A program made the position numbers and the translations under genes. Below are positions 22,979-32,472 of a stretch of 64,000 nucleotides of DNA, piece after piece. This DNA is from Alphaproteobacteria bacterium (GTDB taxonomy: Bacteria > Pseudomonadota > Alphaproteobacteria > MPNO01 > UBA830), in the NCBI GenBank assembly GCA_965243135.1, contig OZ251539.1:3040001-3104000 (forward strand), written 5' to 3'. How positions within the stretch are numbered: the stretch's first letter is position 1; each line of letters begins with the position of its first letter. The notes under the pieces were generated by a model. That model was not told where the DNA came from, made no database searches, and saw only the letters and a program-made list of their open reading frames with translations.

Positions 22979-23495
22979 TTTCGACCCGGCCGAAATGCTC
23001 TCGAAATTATCCGGCGCCGGGGTCGATTTCCTGTTGATCGGCGGGATGGCGGCGGTTTTGCACGGCGACGCGGGGGTCACGTTCGACCTGGACATCGTGC
23101 CGGCGCGCGATGCGGAAAATCTGGAGCGGCTCGCAGTCGCGCTTCGCGCCCTCGAGGCGAGGATCCGCGCTCCGGACGCTCCGTCAGGGTTGGCGTTCGA
23201 CTCGTCCCCGGAGTTTTTCCGCGATCTACCGCAGGACGCGATCCTCAACCTCACTACGCCGATCGGAGATCTCGATCTCACGTTCCGGCCAAGCGGCACG
23301 TCGGGCTACGAAGATCTGAAACGGGACGCGATCAGGATCGAGGCGGCGGCCGGCGTGCGCATTCTCGTCGCTTCCCTCGCCGACGTCATACGCTCCAAGG
23401 ACGCCGCCAACAGGGAAAAGGATCGAACCGCTTTGCCGCGGCTACGAAGACTGCAAGAAAAAAATGATCGGATTCGGGGCGAAAATTCTCGCTGA
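22971..23495 (+). CDS. Pol-beta-like nucleotidyltransferase (putative toxin)
   Basis: LIGGMAAVLHG...TFDLDIV, GDLDL, SLADVIRSKDAANREKD; start overlaps the HTH stop. Confidence 0.8.
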   Translation: MGDFDPAEMLSKLSGAGVDFLLIGGMAAVLHGDAGVTFDLDIVPARDAENLERLAVALRALEARIRAPDAPSGLAFDSSPEFFRDLPQDAILNLTTPIGDLDLTFRPSGTSGYEDLKRDAIRIEAAAGVRILVASLADVIRSKDAANREKDRTALPRLRRLQEKNDRIRGENSR

Positions 23496-23813
23496 GTTCA
23501 GTCCGGCAACCAGCGAAGCGCCCCTTAATCAGCTGTGAAGCACAACACGGGCGATCGGCAATCTCTGTCGCGAGAACAGTAGGGCTGGCCGGTGAGTCAA
23601 GGTGCCGGGGCGGTGGGGGCGTTCGCTGCGGGAAGGGCGTAGCGACCGGAGGCGAACGCCCCCAAACCGCGGCGAAAAATCCGCATCTTCCCTGATGCGT
23701 GCGTCCGGGCCAACGCCCGGTCTCGGCCTTAAATCCGTACCGAGCGTTGAACAGTTTTCATGCTGGTTCGTGACCGCACGCGCTACGATCCTGAATCCGT
23801 AATTCCCTTCCCG

Positions 23814-24644
23814 TCAGCATGCTTTTTCCGGATGTCCTCCTCGTTCGTTCACGTCGAAGAACAGGACGCGAAGCCGGCGAGCGGCTTCCTCGAAGGTCTC
23901 CCTGTCCTGCACCGCCGGGACGATCTCCACCCCCATGTCCTCGTCCATGGATTTCAGGAGCCGGTTCGGGTCGAGTCCCTCTTTCTCGCAACATCCCTCA
24001 AGCTCGTCCTTCGTCACGTCCGTTCCGGGGATAGCCGTACCCTCCGTACTCTTGGCACCGAGCCGGCCGTTATCCAGCAACTCCTTCAGCCCCTTGATGG
24101 CCATGAGGCGGTGTTGACCGTCGAACGCGAAGTAGCTCGTACGGGTCACTTCCAGGTCGACGACGAACGACCTGGTATCGAGACGTTCGACATGCAGGGA
24201 GCCCGTCAGGGCCCGCCCGTCCGGACCCCAGTTGTCGTGTCCCGGTTCGCAAACCCAATCCTGGAAAGCGACCACCAACAGAGGAGGAAACTTGCGATGC
24301 TCTCGAGTCGCAAGGTACCTCGTCATCGGCAACTGCCGACTGAAATCAGGGAACCCCTTCCAGAGACGATTCGCGGTCGCGACGTCGACCGCGGCGGCGT
24401 TGTCCCCGATTCGCTTCCTGAACATCGGGAGATCGCGAGCGAGGTAGACGTTCGCAGCAATCCAGCCGAGCGACGCCGAGGCCAAGTAAGACTTGCTGCT
24501 GCCCATCCTGGTCGGGAGCGTCACCTTGTGATTTTTCCTGCCTCCCTGCCAGTCAAGCGCGAGTCGCAGCGCTTCCTTGTAGTTCCGCTCGCGCTCCAGA
24601 ATGTCTTCGGTATCCTTTCGGAGCTTTTCCGCATCGGAGGTCAT
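23814..24644 (-). CDS. DGQHR-domain (DndB/ParB-like) protein, probably C-terminally truncated
   Basis: FAFDGQHRLMAIKG, HRKFPPLLVV, LFFDVN near the end. Confidence 0.8.
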   Translation of the reverse strand: MTSDAEKLRKDTEDILERERNYKEALRLALDWQGGRKNHKVTLPTRMGSSKSYLASASLGWIAANVYLARDLPMFRKRIGDNAAAVDVATANRLWKGFPDFSRQLPMTRYLATREHRKFPPLLVVAFQDWVCEPGHDNWGPDGRALTGSLHVERLDTRSFVVDLEVTRTSYFAFDGQHRLMAIKGLKELLDNGRLGAKSTEGTAIPGTDVTKDELEGCCEKEGLDPNRLLKSMDEDMGVEIVPAVQDRETFEEAARRLRVLFFDVNERGGHPEKAC

Positions 24645-25614
24645 GGAGCGAATTTCCAGTGTTGCGAGGCAACTAGGCGCAGGGAAACGGGAAGTTCCGC
24701 AAACGATATTTCCTGTCGAGGGTCGGCGAGATAGGAGGGACGCGAGAAAGTCTACCAGACCCGCGTCGGCAATTCTCCCTGAATTCGGCTGCGAGCGTCG
24801 AAGACGAAACGTATAGTTGACCGACCGCGGAGGCAGGTCGCGAAGGGCCAGCGCTCCATCGTTCGCGATCAACAGCCCGTACCACTCGTATAGCTTCGAT
24901 AGCCTGCCTGCCGACTTCAAGTTCCTGATCGAAGTCGGCGTCGCGCGGCTCTCACGAGCGGTCGAGGAATTTCGATGCGGGCGGCGGGCGATTTTCGAGA
25001 TCGCGTTGCCGGGTCGAACCGAGCCGCGCCTTCGGAACTAGCGACAGGAACCGCTGCATGGAAATGCGATGCAGGGTCGTCGAAGCGCCATCTTGGGCAT
25101 AGAGGTCTTCCGGGTCGATACGAAGAATTCCCGCGTCTTCCCACGACGCTCCAGAAGTCTCTTGTGCGACGGCGCCGAGGCTGTCGAGCGGAAGCCGCCG
25201 ACGACCCGGCGCTCGCTCACGGGCAACGGGCGGAACCGGTGTCAGGCCTTGCGAGCGTGCGCTTCAGCGCTCCCGGATCGTCCGGTTGGTCCGGTCCAGG
25301 AGTCTGAGCCTCATGCGCAGTACGCACGGTTTCGTCGATTTTGCCGAACCGCGCCTCCGTCGCCGGAAACCGGGTTTGCCCATATTCGGCCTATGATGCG
25401 GTATTTTGGCGCCCCAAGAGTCCTGCTTCATGAGCATTGGGCTGTCCTACGCAGAGCTCCGCCCACGGCAATGGCGTAGCAGCTTGACAGGCGTGTCAGA
25501 TGTTACTATCTGTGTATCGTCTCATCTGCCATGTGCAGGAAGCGCACTCGATATTTGTCCGGTTTCTAGCAACGGAGAGTCGTTGCGCAAGACTGCCGCG
25601 TAGAAAGAGCATTC

Positions 25615-25652
25615 GAAGCCGTCCCAAAATCGATGGGGCGGCTTCAGTCTTT
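25615..25652. terminator. hairpin followed by a T-tract on the + strand; terminator or structured RNA
   Basis: GAAGCCGTCCC-aaaatcgat-GGGGCGGCTTC then agtcttttt. Confidence 0.45.
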
Positions 25653-27715
25653 TCTGGCGGCCATAAGGTATGCATCGCGCTCGCGTCGCAGGTCGCAGGT
25701 CGGCAATCCGGCCCCGTTTCTCTGTACAATGGACGGTTTTAAGCAACCAGTAGTTCCGGCGTTGCGCGATCACCACCAGATACTCCTCTCGATACTAAAG
25801 GAGCGCGTTTATCTTGCCGCGTCGCTCGTTCCGCTATTCGTCGATTCCGGGATGAGATCCTGCGTTCTCGATCACCCAGCGGACCCAGCGGACCCATCGG
25901 ATCCTCTCGCATCGGCGCAAATCCGGCGTTCTATCCTCCTCCGCGCGACCTTCCTGCCAGAAATTCCCGCTAAGGTGGCCGCCCTTTGCGAAAGGCGCGT
26001 CGAGATAGCGTCGTTACCGAGGGACCAGCCGCCGCGACGCACCTTCCCCGCTTCGGCTTGGCGCCGACTTAGCCTTGACCATCCTGTTTCCCCTGAAAAA
26101 CTTGCTTTGGCACATTCGGTCACGGTGCCAGGTCAGGAGGTGTCGTAGGGAATTCCCGCTGCTTTCCGGTATCCAAACGCGATCGTAGAGCGTTTCCCAG
26201 TCCTTCAGGAAGTACTCGAGAAACAATCCCCGCACCTTTTCCCAGAAGTAAATGGACCGCTTGGCCTTCGTTTGCGCCTGTCAGTTTGCAACATCGCTGT
26301 TGAATCTGGCAGGAACGCCAGCATCAACGCGAAGACAGTTGACAGATTGTTGTTACCGTGACCGAAGTTGTGATCAGTAGCCTTGGTTCTTCAGGGTGTT
26401 GAAAGTTTCGTTCCTTCCAGCGCGCTCGACCGGTGCGCATCAACTCCGTTCCCTTCGTCAATTGGCAGATCCGTGACCCAGGAGAAACGTTGTTTCTTGC
26501 CGTTTGGAAGCTTCTCCCAGTGAAAGTTCACTTTGAGGTCGAAGTGCGTATCGTTCAGAGGCACTCCGTACCGGAATTCGTGCCGTATGTTGTCCTCGTC
26601 CGTGAACTCCCGGCGCTCCACGGACGGCGCGTTGTTGACCCACAGGAACTTGTGGTCGCCGGGCTTCGCCCCCAGTATGAAACGCATGTCTAACTCCTTG
26701 AGAAGATTGACATGTGGTCCATCCAGCCCATCCTCCAACACGACCAGCTTCAGGCGCGGATGTTCGCGACGTACATCTTCCAGAAGCCGTTTCGCTGCGT
26801 TCGCAATCGTTCTTTTTTGCACCGTCCCCCTTCAGGATCGGGCGCAAACGGAAAAACTTCCTTTCGGCGCACCAGTACGGCCCCCAACATCTGGTGGTAG
26901 TAGGTAATCGTACCGTGGTGTTTCTCGCAGCAGTTTTTACAGTGCACCTTGTCCGACGAGAAGTATCCCGTTCCGTCAATCGAAAGAGCATAATAGCCGT
27001 TCAGACAAGTGTATTCTTCCAACCCCTTCCCTCGTTGCAAAACCTGGAACAGCTTCGTGAAACAACGCCGCAATTGTCGCGGACAGACTGCGTCAAGACG
27101 TTCTCGCCTGTCCGACGGTACGCGTTTGATGCCGTACAGGGTTGCAAGGTTGTGCCGAACCGCTTCGTCGGCATGCGCGGCTTCGTCGAACTGCAGAAGC
27201 GATGCATACTTCATACCGAACACCGCTAAACCCGACATCAGGCAGTCCGTCTGGTTCAGCCCCCGGCTTGCAATCTTCGATACGGTCGAAACAAGCTCGC
27301 ACTTCCTTCAACAATCCCGGAGCGCTGAGCGTCTTGCGCATGCTTGGCATTCTGGCCATTTTGGTACAATCCCGCCTCGCCTTCGGACCACTTTCCAGAG
27401 AAAAATGCTCCGCTTGAAGGCAAATAGCCCCGAATCACCTCGAAAAGTCCACGAAAAATTTTTTTCAGACTCCACATTTTGCAAGGGTTTCGAGCCTTAG
27501 CGGGAATTGCTGCCTTCCTGCACAAGATGCCAGAAGGCGAACCACCGCCGGACGGTTTCCGGCATGCAGCGACAACTGACGGGCTGGCCGCGAAATCGCA
27601 GCCCACCATGGGCTATCTCCTCCCGAAAGATGCGATAGAGTTCGGCTTCATAGGCGTTCCAATCTCCGCCGAACGCTTCGAATTTTACGAGTTCCGGTGG
27701 GGCAATCCGCCATCC
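25650..27715 (-). pseudogene. conserved defence-island protein (usual DUF3800 neighbour), split by an IS and carrying stops
   Basis: GGDWNAYEAELYRIF...FWHLVQEG rejoins RAEEDRTPDLRRCERIRWV...EEYLVVIAQRRNYWLLKT after removing the IS; ends approximate. Confidence 0.7.
25958..27512 (-). mobile_element. second IS of the same family, transposase heavily frameshifted
   Basis: TIR CAGAAATTCCCGCTAA 25958-25973 and TTAGCGGGAATTGCTG 27497-27512; CCTTCCTGC at both 25949-25957 and 27513-27521. Confidence 0.95.
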
Positions 27716-27716
27716 C

Positions 27717-28400
27717 CTAAGATCTTTGAATAGCAACGTTGAACCCGAATTCCGGAGAAGCAAAACAAGAGGTCAACGTCTGAGTTCCTAGCCGCAACCG
27801 CAGGCGCTCAAGAATCGCCTCTTTGCCGGCCCCTCCCGAAAGTCCTCTATTCGCATAGGTCAGCGCACCCGCGAAGAGGTCGGCAACCTGCAGAATTTCG
27901 CTTTCGCGCGACCGGACTTGTTGAATACGTTCGACGCAATACCTATCCGTAGCACCAGCCATGTCGTGCAACCGGCGCATCATCCGATTGCCCCGCGTAT
28001 CCATTACGTTCAGATAAATGCGATAGCTCAGCGGCGAGCGGAGGACAGTATCAAATAACCGGCCATACAGTTCACCATGGAACAAATCTCGCGAGCGATC
28101 AATTGGACTATCTTCTACTTCGATTATGCCATGAAAATCCAGTCCATCATCGTCAAGAACCAGGTCGACAAGGGCCAAATAGAAATCGATCTTCGCTGGA
28201 GATACCTTGGTCCACTTTATCTCGAAGTCGGTTTTGAGGCGATGTTTTTCCTTGAGTGCGCGTACCATTTTCGAAATATTTTCTACTTGTATAGTTTGAC
28301 AAATCAGTACTCCCAGACACATCGCGAATACGCTGCCTCGCGTCAAGTGAAAGCTTTCGTTGCAATATGCGTTAAATTTGGGCTGCATCATCAGCTCCAT
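27717..28400 (-). CDS. DUF3800 family protein, possibly degenerate
   Basis: AYCNESFHL (family usually YCDES), EIKWTKVS, IQQVRSRESEILQVADLFAGA. Confidence 0.75.
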   Translation of the reverse strand: MELMMQPKFNAYCNESFHLTRGSVFAMCLGVLICQTIQVENISKMVRALKEKHRLKTDFEIKWTKVSPAKIDFYLALVDLVLDDDGLDFHGIIEVEDSPIDRSRDLFHGELYGRLFDTVLRSPLSYRIYLNVMDTRGNRMMRRLHDMAGATDRYCVERIQQVRSRESEILQVADLFAGALTYANRGLSGGAGKEAILERLRLRLGTQTLTSCFASPEFGFNVAIQRS

Positions 28401-28413
28401 TTTTTACCCAATG

Positions 28414-28810
28414 TTCAATGATCGTAGCCTGCTGCGCTCGAATTGTCCCACTCTCTGAAAACAATCCTTTGCGTTCGATATTCGCCGAATTTGTCATTTT
28501 CCTTTTTTCTAAAGTATTCGAAATGTTTCCGTCGGATAGTCGAAACCGTGGATATCGGATAGGTCGCGAATGAAGTGCAAATCATCGCGAGTCACCTCGT
28601 AGAGTCTAGCGCAGAACGGGTCTAGTTCATGGCTCGTCGTTCGGGTTCAAAAGCGAAAGGCGGTTCATTGTAGCCGACCTCATGAGCAAGGGGCCTCATC
28701 GTCTCACTTGTATAAACTAGTTCAAGCGCTCGTGGAACAATGAAATTCAAATCTGGTTTTTCGTACGTAGTCGGGGGGAGGCATGGGGTAGATTGAGACG
28801 AAATAGGCTG
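28414..28810 (-). pseudogene. C-terminal remnant of a type IIG (Eco57I-like) restriction-modification enzyme
   Basis: FIVPRALELVYTS...GYNEPPFAFEPERRA, DYPTETFR, FGEYRTQR fragments with stops and frameshifts. Confidence 0.7.
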
Positions 28811-28894
28811 TGCAGGCACCCCTTCCGGGCGCTTTTTTTGACGCCGTTGCAAGCTTTCGGGGCGGCCGTGCACGGCTCGAAAACGGGCGAATGC

Positions 28895-29983
28895 TTATGG
28901 GGCAATCGACGACAACAACTCCCGCCAAGCCTCGCGATGCTGGTATACGCCGCGCCTGTCGAGCTCTTCTCCGACTTCTCGCAGAAAACGAGGCCTCAGA
29001 TCGTCGCTCAGAAGAGCGAAGGTCGAACGAACGAAATTCTTCAATTCCACGAGATGAATGGCGAGACCGGTGTTCCATGCCTCTTCGATTTTAGCCTCGA
29101 CAGCCTCGCTGTCGGACTGGACGATCCCCGGCACGGCGAACAACAGGCGGGTTAGCCTTTCCTCCCCTTCCATCGCCTTGCTGATCGACGAACGCAAGTG
29201 AGCTATCGTCAGGTTCTCTCCCTTCACTTCCACAGCAAGCGCGATCCGGCCGTCTCGTTCCCGGCAGATAACGTCCCCGGGCACCCCGGCTGCTCTGTCG
29301 GCCTCATTCAGTCCTTGGGCATGCACTTCGGAGAACAACGAAAAGGCGTCTCCAAGGATGCGCATGACCGCTGCCGTAACCGCTAGAGGACGCAGACCGC
29401 CGCTCGGTTCCCGCAGGAACTCGTCAAGAATGGCGATAGTGCTGTCAAGGCTGATTCGGTTTGGCACCGGATAGACGAACTCCTGTCGGGAAAGTCTCCG
29501 GGCGACGCTGCGCAGGCATCTGCGAAAGATGTCCTCCAACTCGGCCGGAGAACAATTGTCCAAAACGCTGAACCAGTCCGCCAGTTGCTCCCATGCTTCG
29601 CGATATCTGAGGGCGTTCAGACCGACGTCGAGGCGAGGACGGCGGGCAGGATTGTTCACGTAAGGATCGGGACTGGTTCCGAGCACGTTATGGTTGAGAA
29701 ACACCCAAGGAACGATGACGTTCGAACAGAAGGACCTTGCATCCCATGCGCCTTGTTCGCCATCGGCAGCCTGCAGACAAAGAAGACTTCGGTCATGATC
29801 GGCGACCTTGCCCAACAGCTGGGTCACGACGACGTAGCGCAACGTTACCTGATCGGAATCCACGAAGCGGTCGATATCGGGGTCAGCTTCTGGCACCTGC
29901 GCGGCGGCGGTTTCCGGTGTCGCTTCCTCAACCACTTCCCTCCAGGTCAAGTCGAGGTACCTCTGGACCTCGTCAACGTCCAT
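28895..29983 (-). CDS. restriction endonuclease, SacI-like family
   Basis: RYVVVTQLLGK, GAWDARSFCSNVIVP, LGTSPDPYVNNPAR, GDV...AVEVK. Confidence 0.75.
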   Translation of the reverse strand: MDVDEVQRYLDLTWREVVEEATPETAAAQVPEADPDIDRFVDSDQVTLRYVVVTQLLGKVADHDRSLLCLQAADGEQGAWDARSFCSNVIVPWVFLNHNVLGTSPDPYVNNPARRPRLDVGLNALRYREAWEQLADWFSVLDNCSPAELEDIFRRCLRSVARRLSRQEFVYPVPNRISLDSTIAILDEFLREPSGGLRPLAVTAAVMRILGDAFSLFSEVHAQGLNEADRAAGVPGDVICRERDGRIALAVEVKGENLTIAHLRSSISKAMEGEERLTRLLFAVPGIVQSDSEAVEAKIEEAWNTGLAIHLVELKNFVRSTFALLSDDLRPRFLREVGEELDRRGVYQHREAWRELLSSIAP

Positions 29984-30869
29984 GCGGGTCGTTTCCCTCT
30001 TCAAAATTCAGCCAGAGCGACTCCCGGCGTGGTTTGCGGACGGAATGGCAAAGGCGCTCGTCGGCGTCTTCCCGCCGCCAGCCTCGATACAGTTCGTCGT
30101 AAAGAGCCGTCCTGTATCCGGACAGGATCACGCGGCCGCGAACCGTCCAGAGAGTCTCGGCCAACATTCGATGCTCTTCCTCCGTCATTTCGTGTCCGTA
30201 TGCCGAGGCGTCGCCGCGGGATGAATGAACGTAGGGCGGATCCAGATAAAATACCGTGCCCGCGGTATCGTAACGCCGGATCACCTCAATCGCCGGCGCA
30301 TTCTCGATCTGCACCCGCAAAAGCCTTTGAGCGATCTCCGACAGTCCGTCCACGGAGCCCAGCCACCGGGAAACTGCGCCAGCCATGCCCGCCCGCGACG
30401 TCAGGACGCAGTGGGCCCAGCGTCCCTCGCTGCTCGTTTGCGCCAATCCGGTGCGGGTTTGACGTGCGCGAACGTAGAACCGCCGCGCCCGTTCGAGGTC
30501 CGAAAGGTTCTTCGCAGGCTGGCAAGCGAGAACCAGTTCCTCGCGCGAAAACGGGGTGAGACCGATCGCCTTGATGAGCTCGGGTCCCTGCGCGCGGAGC
30601 GTACGGAAGAAAGTGACCAGTTCGGAGTCGATGTCGTTGTAGGTCTCGACCGGAAACGGCGGAAGATTCAGCAGGACCGCCGCCGAACCGCCGTAAACGT
30701 CGCAGAAATGGGTCGCATCAACAGGGATGCGAGGCAGGATGAAATCGAGATGACTGAACTTGCCGCCGTACCATCCAAAAGCGATGAGGCGCCGCGAACG
30801 TTCCTGCCGGTCGTGCGTCATGACGCGCCGACCGGTACCCGTCGAGTTGACCGAAGCGACCTTATGCAT
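29973..30869 (-). CDS. Dam-like (D12 class) DNA adenine methyltransferase
   Basis: WYGGK, DVYGGSAAV, YNDID, FYLDPPY; overlaps the REase start; alternative start 30821. Confidence 0.9.
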   Translation of the reverse strand: MHKVASVNSTGTGRRVMTHDRQERSRRLIAFGWYGGKFSHLDFILPRIPVDATHFCDVYGGSAAVLLNLPPFPVETYNDIDSELVTFFRTLRAQGPELIKAIGLTPFSREELVLACQPAKNLSDLERARRFYVRARQTRTGLAQTSSEGRWAHCVLTSRAGMAGAVSRWLGSVDGLSEIAQRLLRVQIENAPAIEVIRRYDTAGTVFYLDPPYVHSSRGDASAYGHEMTEEEHRMLAETLWTVRGRVILSGYRTALYDELYRGWRREDADERLCHSVRKPRRESLWLNFEEGNDPHGR

Positions 30870-30907
30870 CCTTACGCGCTCCTTACCTGCCTGCGAGGCT
30901 GATTTCC

Positions 30908-31114
30908 TCAAGTTCGTGCATCACTTGCCGATTCATGGCAAGCGCCGTTCCACGCTTCGCCGCCGGAAAAGCGAAGGTCGGGCGACGCCTCGCCTTTGAA
31001 AACGTGGCCGACATGCTGCGAGTGCGGCTTTTCCAAGCGAGTGACGATCTCGTCGGCAACGTTGCCGAGAACCCGCCAAGGCTCGGCTATCGTGGGGTTT
31101 TGCAGTTCAATCAT
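30908..31114 (-). CDS. small hypothetical protein upstream of the RM pair
   Basis: short co-oriented ORF after an AT-rich promoter-like stretch; no recognised motif. Confidence 0.3.
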   Translation of the reverse strand: MIELQNPTIAEPWRVLGNVADEIVTRLEKPHSQHVGHVFKGEASPDLRFSGGEAWNGACHESASDART

Positions 31115-31573
31115 GGCGTTCCGCAAGCTTCGTGATGCTCCTTATGCAAAGACATACAACGAACATAATTTGCAGATTTAACCACGGCAAGGCTTCACGG
31201 CATTTTTTTTGCGACGAAACGGCGTTTTCAGGCGCAGCCGAAAATCCCCTTATCAGCCCGGCAACTTTCGCCACGCTGGTCCGCGATGACGCAGTTCCGC
31301 CCGGCAACCGCTTCGCCGTTTTCCGTCGAGGCTGGAAACGCCCGGTCGACCATCTCCAAGCATGCCGCTGCGGTCGACTTCGCAACCCCTCGACGAAAAC
31401 GACTCGTCAGGTGCGCGCGAAGGCGCAGCGCTCCGCCTCGACGGAGCCGTTGCGCCTCGAGAGCGGATTGCCGGAGGCTGCCGGCAAAACGCCGACGACG
31501 GGGGAAACGCTTCCGCGAAAACCCGCGCTCCGCCGCCCGAGCGCCGGTTCGCAAGTCCTCCCTGGCGGCGCGG

Positions 31574-32083
31574 TCAGGGACGAATTTCGATCACGGTCCC
31601 GTTGTCCACAATTCGCCATATCTCGTCCATCTCGCGATCCGTGACCGCGATGCAGCCTTGCGTCCAGTCGAGACGGGGATGGTCGAGTTGCCGGGCGGAC
31701 CATTCCTCGGGGAGGCCATGGATCATGATCTCGTTGCCGGGGTCGACCCCCAGACGGGCCGCTCGCGCGCGATCCTGCGCATTGGGGTAGGAAATGTGCA
31801 ACGCGCGGTGGAATTTCGACCGATCCCGGTCAATCCGGTAATCGATCCTGTAGATCCCCTCCGGGGTCTTCGAATCGCCTTCCTGCGTCTTGGGACCCAA
31901 CGGGTAGCGGCCGAGCGCGACTCTATACGTCTTGAGAACGCGGCCGCCGCGCAGCAATTCGAGCCGCCGCTCGTTCTTGACGACCAGAATGCGATCCGCC
32001 TTGACCGCCGCCTCGCCGTGCGCGCATGCCGGCGCGAAAATTCCTGCCACGCTCAATATCAGTACCGCCCAGATGAAACGCAA
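31574..32083 (-). CDS. L,D-transpeptidase (YkuD family)
   Basis: signal peptide, GDSKTPEG, ISYPN, IMIHG...WTQGCIAV; TTG start with GGAGG RBS. Confidence 0.92.
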   Translation of the reverse strand: MRFIWAVLILSVAGIFAPACAHGEAAVKADRILVVKNERRLELLRGGRVLKTYRVALGRYPLGPKTQEGDSKTPEGIYRIDYRIDRDRSKFHRALHISYPNAQDRARAARLGVDPGNEIMIHGLPEEWSARQLDHPRLDWTQGCIAVTDREMDEIWRIVDNGTVIEIRP

Positions 32084-32472
32084 CTTTCGACCTCCTTCGT
32101 ACATTCGGCGAACGAATAGCAGAAAGGCACCCGAATCGGTAGACGTTCGAAATCGGGCCGCATGCCTGTCCCGCGCTGCGTCGCGCGACAAGCAGCCGGC
32201 CCCCCCTGTCGATTCCGAAGCGCAACGCGGCCGGTCGGCACGCGAGGCAGGCGAATCAAGCGTCCCGCCCCTCGTCCCGCCCCTCGTCCCTCCGAAGGCC
32301 GCTGCGCGACGCTCTTCGCAGCCACAGCGCGCAGGCCCCGCGGACGCCTTCCCGCGACCTTTCAGACGCTTACCGGTCGAGCGCCGCGCGAGGCGGCGAA
32401 CCGGCCGCCGCCGCAGGCCGAACCCGCGTGGCGTTCTTTCGCGGCGGCGGCCGTGTCCGGACAGGAAGCCGT

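Noticed and set aside
24650-25480. Several short ORFs between DGQHR and the DUF3800 module
   Set aside because: No recognisable motif or consistent frame; probably decayed DNA
31150-31168. Possible alphaproteobacterial LexA box upstream of the RM operon
   Set aside because: AGAC-N7-GAAC matches only one half-site of GAAC-N7-GAAC well
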